Source: an uncultured Chloroflexia bacterium (GTDB lineage Bacteria; Chloroflexota; Ktedonobacteria; Ktedonobacterales; JADMIN01). From it: a DNA stretch of 64,000 bases. The position numbers and the translations under genes were made by a program. Positions 48,301 through 54,820 of the stretch are shown here, in pieces. Numbering within the stretch: the stretch's first letter is position 1; each line of letters starts with the position of its first letter. The stretch spans positions 605,324 to 669,323 of the forward strand of contig CAWAWP010000003.1 of assembly GCA_963785845.1 (NCBI GenBank). Reading direction: 5' to 3'. Under the pieces are notes generated by a model, which saw only the letters and a program-made list of their open reading frames with translations, made no database searches and was not told the DNA's origin.

Positions 48301-48891
48301 ATCCCCCAGGTCTGGGAGCAGCACCGCGAAGAGGCGGAGGCGAATCTGCGGCAGGTACATCGGCTTACCCGTGGCGCACTGGCGGCTCTTCGGGCTTTGC
48401 TGCTTGAACTGCGCCCAGCCGTGCTCGAACAAAAGACGCTCGCCGATCTGTTGCGCCAATTAGGAGAGGCGATGACGACGCGATCCGGGGTGCCCATTGC
48501 GTTGACGCTCGCCGACGACTGCCCACCGATCCCGATCGCCGTCAAGATCGCCTTCTATCGCATCGCACAGGAGGCGCTGATGAACGCCGCCAAATATGCC
48601 AACGCGCAGGGCATCGCTGTACGCCTGCGTTACCTGCGTGCTGAAGGGGCCATCCAGCTTGAGGTCCAAGACGACGGGCAAGGATTCGACATGGGCGCTA
48701 TTCCAGCAGGGCATTTCGGGATCGGTATGATGCGCGAACGTGCGCGCTCGTCCGGCGTGTCTCTGCGCATTACCAGTCGTCGCCAACACGGCACGCGCGT
48801 TGCCGTCAAGTGGCGCGAGAAGACCGGCGTGGCTGCCACCCGACAAGGCGATGCCTCGCCCACTAGCGACGAGCAGGAAAACGAGCTGTGA
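42316..48891 (+). CDS. Giant (2191-aa) MASE1/PAS x7/GAF sensor with two histidine-kinase transmitters (HisKA+HATPase, receiver, HisKA_3+HATPase)
   Basis: GGAGAGGAGG RBS. MASE1-like polytopic N-terminus. Seven PAS-like units each end in an xD(I/V)T(E/D)x(K/R)R linker. First H-box is SNVSHEFRTPL (His782, nt 44659-44661) with N/G boxes NLVSNALKF, DTGTGI, GSGIGLSLV. The receiver is ILVADDNADM...LVLADVMMPGLDG (Asp1110, nt 43-45 of 456xx = 45643-45645)...DYLIKPF. A GAF-like region follows. Second H-box is RNRLARELHDTVTQ (His1979, nt 48250-48252) with ALMNAAKYANA...VQDDGQGF...GHFGIGMMRERA. Confidence 0.9.
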   Translation: MSYFSERLIAARSALAHYADRFRWMPPAQLDALAEKRGTDSPHTASRRLGLTTLADLIRISRPASFSFAAPSRRSIVATLVLCGAFYCAARIGLVLHFPESLVYFVWPPSAILFVALVLSPRRNWGLFALALLPVHLAAEMGRVAAPLSSLLLFYGIVWLQALVGAWFVGRFAARPLRLTTLHDVIVFLLGGAGAAALTEALALATVLWMTAGGTDIWLIFAQTLFADTLTMLVLAPALVTGWAALQRIGSANGIPIGGKLWLAHVRSEITARLQAVSASQVVEVSLLSLGLLGTGLVAFGGYFSVPGALPALLYTILPLLLWAAVRFGLGITSLALCGLTLLSIVFAIHGRGPFGAYSTTENLFALQLFFIAISVPLLILAVLMQERRTAKDVLEQSELRYRDLVESQPDMICRYLPDSTLTFVNEAYCRAFGKPRNQLIGTKFVDFMDDASREHHAQCIAALLANPLASVDEHETMLPNGSRGWQQWVDHAICDANGNLVEVQAVGRDITDRKRAEDALHESEARFRAAFESAATGMMLVDATGRPFQVNRPLAEMLGYTQDELLTRTFTELTYPEDIEGNLSLFKSALAGEIQGYQLEKRFIHKQGHLVWGFLSAGVVRDAAGQPLYMVGQLQDITERKRAEEALRASEERYRAVLNNLPHGVVLLFDHALRHVFADGQGLPDIGLSKARIAGKTIWEVFPPTISATLAPRYQAALAGTQAAFDLTHEGRTYQTHMLPIEYGGTTAGMAVLQDVTEQRRVEVLAELDRTKTAFFSNVSHEFRTPLTLLLGPAADALADLKAPLPPRQRQRLELILRGSQRLHKLVNTLLEFSRIEAGRVQATYEPTDVAALTADLASSFRSAAESAGLQLIVNCSAPICLRGPVYVDREMWEKIVLNLVSNALKFTFEGSITVAVNAAGQEGEWVELEVRDTGTGIQAEELPHLFERFHRVQGARARTYEGSGIGLSLVEELVKLHSGTVRVTSAVGVGSTFTVSIPTGDAHLPADRIERQMGPRRAQSQTFRAESAALFTDEAMRWIAEPEQAQPSMDSQHTHTGTETILVADDNADMRTYLATLLGERWDVRTAGDGLAALAEARARPPDLVLADVMMPGLDGFALVAALREDPSTDAVPVILLSARAGVEATVEGLHVGADDYLIKPFSAGELLARVQTHLELSQRRKEAAARAAQLDAIFEAIGDGVLVHDLGENKLHANRAFRDLLRRRLEMRGQSVDPETLLLAPAVRERYTTISDEHGREIPREEWPSERALRGETLTGANAVDEFTEGPGGEILQVNVSAAPVRSASGQITGAVAVFRDVTERRRLERQVVEQASQLQAVFDAMTDGVFVFGANGRATRINSASRAAFGYVPGDCLMSMEQTPAQALVPRETDEQPLPDEQLPTERVLRGEVLTADNAFTQVVHAPDGHERTMSLTGGPLRDATGQITGGVIVARDVTELKRTQTMLAQQERLFRTLVENSPDTITRFDRNLRHLYVSPSSESLTGVPAQARLGKTYVESGFPEAASAPWEHALRRVFTTGKPQTFESNYHAEDRPPHVSRVSYVPEFAADGSVASALCITTDITKLKQVEEALRQSEERFSKAFRSSPIAMIILSRATQRILDANVALSRLTGFRHSELLGATLLQLRLLSSSASSAFAYRKRVSREGSVIEIPFRIRTKSGEIRSCLSSTASISVDGEPCTIMSIRDVTERERAEKALIAARAMAEDAQRDEARRRRDAERREQIAESLRDVLTILNSDRQVAKILDYITRQAGRLLSSEAAAIYMTASAVASDKGPEAWATPASAEGRKSLVLQAAFGLPAAFTSSGKHRLSVGDAAVHRAMVTRRPVAVLAPSFAVPERAREGRESAQRIASIESVETEALAGDAALAYVDVRHEPLPAPHRALLAVPIVTQGQTYGSLLLLYTEPRNFSADEVALAMAYGDQIALAVANAHLQGHIERAAIEAERNRLARELHDTVTQEIFTASMLAESIPQVWEQHREEAEANLRQVHRLTRGALAALRALLLELRPAVLEQKTLADLLRQLGEAMTTRSGVPIALTLADDCPPIPIAVKIAFYRIAQEALMNAAKYANAQGIAVRLRYLRAEGAIQLEVQDDGQGFDMGAIPAGHFGIGMMRERARSSGVSLRITSRRQHGTRVAVKWREKTGVAATRQGDASPTSDEQENEL

Positions 48892-49089
48892 TCCCAGGTT
48901 GCTCATCGCAGCGCAGCGTGCCCTGCTCGCATGTGCAGACCTGTGTGTTCGTCCATTTTCGGGCAAGCTGCGGGTGAAGCTGGCCTTACGGTTTCCCTTA
49001 GGCCGATGGAGTTGATGTTGCCCCCGCATCGGGAATCGCCCTGGGCTCGCTATCAGGAAGGGCAGGAAGACGACAGCACCGAATTACGA

Positions 49090-52000
49090 CTAGGTATCAG
49101 TCAAATTCGCCTCAGTCTCGTTCGGCCCGTCGGCGTCGAGGATGCCGAGACCGCGAGCCTGCGCGACCGCCTGGGTCCGCCTGTGGACGTGCATTGCCGC
49201 GAAGATATTGCTTGCATGGCGCTTCGCGGTGGAGGGCGTAATCACCAATTTTTGCGCGATGTCGAGGTTCGATGCTCCGCTCGCAATCAGGCGGAGGACC
49301 TCAAGCTGGCGCCTGGTAAGCGCAGGGAGAGGCAGTTTGGCGGAACTCTGACTGGCACTTGACCCTGCCGGCTGCGTGGTGTACCTAGGGCTCTCCGCAC
49401 GCTCCACGAGCGGGAAAGCGCTAATCAGGCGCCTCATATAGTGTTGCAGCGCGACTTCCGTGTGCGGGCGCCCGCTTCCTCGACTTTCGGCACTTCTGCC
49501 TCGTGGCGCTTGTGCAGTTTGCATAAGCGTGAGCAGGCGCTTGAGGGTGGGGCCGCCTTCGACAAAGATGCTCACGAATCGCTGGGGTCTCCCCAGTTCG
49601 ACCGCCCGCTGGAGGGCCGCCAGGGCACCAGGTGTATCATCCACTGAATCGTATGCTAGGGCCTTGAGCACCAGGATCCGCAGCAGCCGGGTAGTGCGCT
49701 CGCCGGCTTCCGCCGCTTCGCCGAGCGTATCCAGCAGGGCCAGCGCGTCGTCCGCGCGGTGTTCGGCCAGAAAGAGCCGTGCCCTGACGATCTCCTCCCA
49801 TTCGAGTATGTACGGCGGTGGCTCATCGTTGCGTGTGGTGTCGTAGGGGCGACGGGCTTCACGTGCCCATGCCGCAGCGGCCCGTACTTCACCGAGCGAA
49901 AGCCAGAGATGCGCCTGATGCGCCCGGATATGCCGGCCCGTCCACGACCCTACCGTCCTATGCTGCGCCAGCGACACTTCCCACGCCGTAACGCCCCGTT
50001 CCATTGTCTGCTCCGCAGCGGTTGTATTGCCCAATGCGAGATGCGCGCGCGCCAGTGCCGGGAAAGCCTCTGAGAGGGTTGTTGCAGAATCGTGGTGCAG
50101 CGAGGCGGCGTGCTGTAAATGCCCGAGCGCGAGCTGGAATTCTCCGCGCTCATAGAGTGCCTTGCCGCGGAGCAGATCGAGGTGCGCCTCCAGAACTTCG
50201 TCGCCACGGCCGGCTAGGCGCTCCGCGGCTCGGGCGCAGAGGTCGAGCGTGTCGTCTATGTGCCCCAGTAACAGTAATGCGAGCCCTCGATACAACAAGG
50301 CGTATCCGAAGTAGAAACCATTAGCGTGGTTCTCGCTCGCATGCATGAGTTTGTCGAGCGTTTGGTTCGCGGCGCGCGCATCGTCGTCCAATAGCTGATT
50401 GATGCCGATAAAGAGCGTGGCAAACGTGCGGAACTCATGATTGCGCGGGAGAGCAGCTTCGGCGAGCCTCAGCGATGCGATCCGAGCGTGTGGGGTACTC
50501 TCGCCCGACATCGTACGGACACTCGAGCGGAGCGCCAGAATTTCGGCCCGGAAGATGGTAAGCTCGGCCTCAGCGAACAGGTGCTGCGAGCGCGTGATCG
50601 CCTGCTCGGCCTCGCCGATGCGCCGCTGCATCAAAATAGGCTTGCCCGTCAGAAACAGCGTGTACGCATGCGCCAGGGCGAGACGAGGCCGCTCACGCAC
50701 CAGTTTGCCTGGGAGGCGCTCCAGCCTGTCTCGCAAGAGCGCGATCTCTCCTCGTGCGAGCGCAGTTGGAATGTACGCTTCGGTAAGTTGCGCTGTTCGC
50801 TCCGCAACAGACTCATTCGCGGCGAGCGCGTAGTCGATGCTGTCGAGCGCCAGACCCTGCGATTCGCACCACCTGCTGGCGCGAGCGTAGAGCTCAGGCA
50901 CCCGCCTGGGTTGTGTTTGGCGGAGAGAGCGTCGCAATACGTCCGCGAAAAGTTGATGAAGGTGATACCACTCTCGCCGATCGTCCAGCGGCACGAGAAA
51001 GAGATTGGCGCGCTCCATCTCTTCGAGCATTGCCTGGCCAGTGTTCGACTTCGTCACGGCGTCGCACAGCGCCGCGCTCAGTGGGTCGAGCACAGCGATT
51101 TTGCGCATGAATGCATGGAGGTGGGAAGGCAGCCGCTGAACGACGTCCTCGAACAGGGTATCAAAGATGTGGCTGTTCTCGTCGCTCAACGCGGCGATCC
51201 ACTGGTGCGGATCGGCTTGTTCCCGCAACGACACCGCGGCAAATCGCAACGCGGCTACCCATCCTTCAGTGCGCGCGTGGAGCGCGGCAATCTCCTGATC
51301 CGACAGATCCAGGGTGAACAGACGCCGGAGCAGCGCACGAGTATCCGCCAGAGTGAACCGCAGATCGGTGGCGTCCAGTTCGAGCAGCCGATGGTCGGTG
51401 CGCAGTGCTGCCAGGGGCAACGGAAGACGGGTTCGGCTGGCCACGATGAGATGCATCGTGCTCGGCAGGCGCCGAACGAGAGTGGCGAGCGCCTCGTGGA
51501 GATCGCGGTTGTCAGGAGAGATCCGGTGATAGTCGTCGAGGACTAGCATCACGGGAGACGCAATAGCTGGCAGTGCGGCGATCAGCGCGGCGAAGAAGTC
51601 GTTCGCCGAGTGGTATTTGCGACCTCGCGTGGGCAGTTGCGCCCTCTCTGTCGGGTCCTGCGTCGTGTGTCTGAGCACGGTGGCTACACGTGCCCAAAAG
51701 TGCAGTGGATCGTTGTCGCGCTCGTCCAGCGTCAGTCGCGCGGTGGGCAGATGCAATGCCGCGATCGCCTCGGTGAGGAGAGCGGTCTTGCCATATCCTA
51801 CCGGAGCGCTCACCACCGTCAGCGAGTACTCCGTGGCGCGCATGAGTTGATCTAGCGCCGAGGTGCGGACTACTTGGGAAAAACGCGCGTCTGTCGCATC
51901 TCTCGCGGTGACAGGGTGGTGCTGCGCATGTGGATTCATCTCTCCATTTAGGTGAGACATGGATCCTCCCGATGGCTCACCCGTCGGGTGCGTGGCCGAT

Positions 52001-52299
52001 TGGTTGAGCTTTGCGGCAACTTCACGCAGGCGACCGAGAGTGATATCTCGTGCTTTGCCAAGATAGGTCTCGAGGAATCGGCCGCTACGACGGCGAAAGG
52101 CGTACCAGTAGACTGCGTGTGAGCGCTGCTTCGTGCGCGCCGTGAAATATCCGCTGGGATCCTCGAAAGCAAAGGTGCGGGCCGATTCGAGCCATCGAAA
52201 CCAAGCATCTGTTTCCGGTGGTATCACCACACTCCTGTCACCGGTAGACGACGCCACGCTCAGGACGCCAGATCGTATGGTTGGAGTATTCCTGGCCAT
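49090..52299 (-). CDS. LAL-type (MalT-like) large ATP-binding LuxR-family transcriptional regulator with unassigned N-terminal domain
   Basis: GGAGGA RBS. Walker A VVSAPVGYGKTALL and Walker B-like VMLVLDDYHRI. A long helical/TPR-like middle region is followed by a C-terminal LuxR HTH (LTRRQLEVLRLIASGASNLDIAQKLVITPSTAKRHASNIFAAMHVHRRTQAV). Confidence 0.85.
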   Translation of the reverse strand: MARNTPTIRSGVLSVASSTGDRSVVIPPETDAWFRWLESARTFAFEDPSGYFTARTKQRSHAVYWYAFRRRSGRFLETYLGKARDITLGRLREVAAKLNQSATHPTGEPSGGSMSHLNGEMNPHAQHHPVTARDATDARFSQVVRTSALDQLMRATEYSLTVVSAPVGYGKTALLTEAIAALHLPTARLTLDERDNDPLHFWARVATVLRHTTQDPTERAQLPTRGRKYHSANDFFAALIAALPAIASPVMLVLDDYHRISPDNRDLHEALATLVRRLPSTMHLIVASRTRLPLPLAALRTDHRLLELDATDLRFTLADTRALLRRLFTLDLSDQEIAALHARTEGWVAALRFAAVSLREQADPHQWIAALSDENSHIFDTLFEDVVQRLPSHLHAFMRKIAVLDPLSAALCDAVTKSNTGQAMLEEMERANLFLVPLDDRREWYHLHQLFADVLRRSLRQTQPRRVPELYARASRWCESQGLALDSIDYALAANESVAERTAQLTEAYIPTALARGEIALLRDRLERLPGKLVRERPRLALAHAYTLFLTGKPILMQRRIGEAEQAITRSQHLFAEAELTIFRAEILALRSSVRTMSGESTPHARIASLRLAEAALPRNHEFRTFATLFIGINQLLDDDARAANQTLDKLMHASENHANGFYFGYALLYRGLALLLLGHIDDTLDLCARAAERLAGRGDEVLEAHLDLLRGKALYERGEFQLALGHLQHAASLHHDSATTLSEAFPALARAHLALGNTTAAEQTMERGVTAWEVSLAQHRTVGSWTGRHIRAHQAHLWLSLGEVRAAAAWAREARRPYDTTRNDEPPPYILEWEEIVRARLFLAEHRADDALALLDTLGEAAEAGERTTRLLRILVLKALAYDSVDDTPGALAALQRAVELGRPQRFVSIFVEGGPTLKRLLTLMQTAQAPRGRSAESRGSGRPHTEVALQHYMRRLISAFPLVERAESPRYTTQPAGSSASQSSAKLPLPALTRRQLEVLRLIASGASNLDIAQKLVITPSTAKRHASNIFAAMHVHRRTQAVAQARGLGILDADGPNETEANLTDT

Positions 52300-52682
52300 A
52301 GTTCCTCCCCTCCCCGGCTACTGGTGCCCCGCCACACTGTACCTGCTCGACTCCCCTTTACCATTCGGACCGAAAGTCAGACTTCCCGGCGAGTCACTCG
52401 CTCTCCATTCGGGAAGGTAGCTGCTCACCGCGACGGTGAGTCTTTTCCGAACTGCGCCCCTGAGACCGCGTGGAGCGGATTCGGAAAGGCCATCTGCATC
52501 GCACCTCGCGAAATGGCGTGGAAGAGAGGATTATGCTGTCCTGCCCAGCCTCATCGCCCGCGTCCCCCTTTCCCCAAGTTGGGCAAAGCTCACAAAAGTC
52601 TGGGCGGCTGTGATGGCGAGATTGTGGTTATACGCACCTGTTCAGGCGCACCGGCGTACATGATGTAGGCTTTGCACTGACA

Positions 52683-52712
52683 TTGATCACACGCCGAACG
52701 TGATGGTATAGT
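52683..52712 (+). promoter_or_regulatory. Orphan candidate promoter (TTGATC-N18-TATAGT with TGg) inside a 1.2-kb gene-free gap
   Basis: caTTGATCacacgccgaacgtgaTGgTATAGTcc. The nearest downstream plus-strand gene starts about 830 nt away (53541). Confidence 0.3.
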
Positions 52713-53540
52713 CCTGACCTGACGCTCGCAGCGACGAGTGAGTGAGATGCTATGCCACGACACCCATGGGTGTTGGCTCTCGTTACGGGCAAGCCTTCAC
52801 AGCGAAATGCCCAGGTGATTGCCAGGCCGTTGTGCCTGCAGCAGGTGCAGAAATACATACTCATGCCCGATGCAAGACTGCGGCACCCTGCAACTATACT
52901 TCGGGCTAGCTCACCTGGGTGATGTGCCCTTGGGCGTACGCCGAAGGAAGCAAGGACACATCTCACCTGCTGCGGATGTAGCTCTGGATATCGCAGCGGA
53001 CCGACGGACAACGCAGTCCTTCACCAGGGATAAGACGACACCGCCTGTTCACAATTACAGGCAAAACACACATAGCGAAAAAGTGCGTAACTGTAGAGTT
53101 TTCACAATTGGATTGTGTAACCTTGCTACCGTGGTTGTCAAGCCTTTGCTCAAGGCACGACACGCGCTCATCAGCGCTGCTCGACTGGCGCCAACGGACC
53201 TGGTTCGTGCCGCGAAACGGCACCGAGATACGCCAGCAAGCCGTTTCCGTCGCGCTATAGATGCGTGCGAGCAGAGACGCAAACGTGGAATTGGAAGAAT
53301 AGGGGGGAGGAGAACGTCGACCGCTATCGCACCGCAATCCTGCGCACGCGGTCTGTGCGCCGCCGTCAATTAATGCGGAGGCGATACGCACAAAGCCGTC
53401 TTGCATGGCACATGCGGCTCATGCCGATTTCGTGAGCGTTCGGAGCAGCTACATGCTGCCACGTCACCGTTTTACAGCGATCGGACCAGTAGCACAGTCA
53501 GCGCTAGAAGCGCCGCCGCTCAATCGAGGAGGTCCGCAAC

Positions 53541-54317
53541 ATGGATGAACGCACTCACCAACCCCATTCCGCGATCGCTACGACTACGGCAAACCCTACT
53601 CCGCTAGCCGCTCCCACATCCGCATCCAGTGTTAGCTTGATGCACCATGCGGATGTCTCCACGACTCAACCTGCGACGCGGGTGCTGATCGTGGATGACC
53701 ATATCATCGTGCGCAACGGTGTCGCCTTCTCGCTGCTCACCTGCGGCGATCTGGAAGTAGTTGCCCAGGTTGGCACCGGCGAAGAAGCGCTCCGCTTGTG
53801 TCTCGAGGGTGAGGTCGTGCCTGATGTCGTGCTCATGGATCTCATGATGCCCGGCATGGGTGGCGTGGCTACCATCCGAGCACTCCATGCGGAGCTGCCA
53901 GAGGTGCAGATAATCGCGCTCACCAGCTTTCAAGAGGGCAGCCTCGTCGAGGAAGCGCTGCAAGCGGGGGCAATCGGCTATCTCTTGAAAGATGTCGCGG
54001 TGGATGAGTTAGCCAAGGCGATTCGCCTGGCGGCACGTGGAATGCCGATCCTGGCGCCCGCGGCTGCTCAGTCGCTCGTGCACTCCGTGGCGCGCCGACC
54101 ACCGGCGCTAGGACATGATCTGACCCAGCGCGAGCGTGAGGTGTTGACGCAGCTGGCAGAGGGTTTGTCCAACCAGCAGATCGCCGAGCGGCTGGTGATT
54201 ACGCCCGCAACGGTGAAGTTTCACACGCGCAGCATTCGCAACAAGCTCGGCTCCTCTAGCCGCACCGAGACCGTTGTTCTTGCGATCAACAACCACCTCG
54301 TCCCTACCCCCGTGTGA
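53541..54317 (+). CDS. NarL/FixJ-family response regulator (receiver plus LuxR-type HTH) with ~45-aa N-terminal extension
   Basis: GAGGAGG RBS 8 nt upstream. RVLIVDDHIIVRNG...DVVLMDLMMPGMGG...IIALTSF...GYLLKD, and a C-terminal HTH LTQREREVLTQLAEGLSNQQIAERLVITPATVKFHTRSIRNKLG. Confidence 0.9.
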   Translation: MDERTHQPHSAIATTTANPTPLAAPTSASSVSLMHHADVSTTQPATRVLIVDDHIIVRNGVAFSLLTCGDLEVVAQVGTGEEALRLCLEGEVVPDVVLMDLMMPGMGGVATIRALHAELPEVQIIALTSFQEGSLVEEALQAGAIGYLLKDVAVDELAKAIRLAARGMPILAPAAAQSLVHSVARRPPALGHDLTQREREVLTQLAEGLSNQQIAERLVITPATVKFHTRSIRNKLGSSSRTETVVLAINNHLVPTPV

Positions 54318-54820
54318 GGTGGGCCGCTTCATCCGCGAGATGCCACCGTTAGCGCCGTTCGCAGCGAGCTCGGAGCGCTTGGATTTCGAGCTCGGTTGTG
54401 GCGGCGTCGCATCAGCGAGAACGGCGAGCGACGTCGCCGCCGGGGCTCGAACTGCTAGGCGCTTGCAGCCAATCCACGCGCTCGCCGATGCCGCCACGCG
54501 GCCCGCGGGTCGGGTGTGGTCATGCGACACGGCTCGCAATCATGACGGGCTGGCGCCATACCACGAGTCCTTGACCGGAACACAGCGAACAGGCCCCGCG
54601 AGGGGCCACGACCACTTTTGTGGCTCGCGGCGTTGCGAGTCTCGCACGCGACTCCCGAAGGATCTCGGCAAGGAGAAGCAGTGTGCCCACTAGATCCGGA
54701 GACACTACGGCATTGCGATCCACCGACGCACATCGAAGACTTGATGAGAGTCCGACCCACGATCAGCCGCAGTTTCGGACGGGCAACCATACGGCAGAGC
54801 GCACGCCTGTGGCGATACAG

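Noticed and set aside
50437-51546. 369-aa plus-strand ORF antisense to the LAL regulator.
   Set aside because: It has no motifs or RBS and is fully contained in the LAL gene, whose frame carries Walker A/B and a LuxR HTH.
52628-53406. ORFs in the LAL/response-regulator gap (52628-53011 minus, 52819-53373 plus, 52963-53406 minus).
   Set aside because: They are mutually overlapping and Cys/Arg/His-rich, with no RBS or recognisable domain. The region is treated as non-coding (see the finding on the orphan promoter and palindrome).
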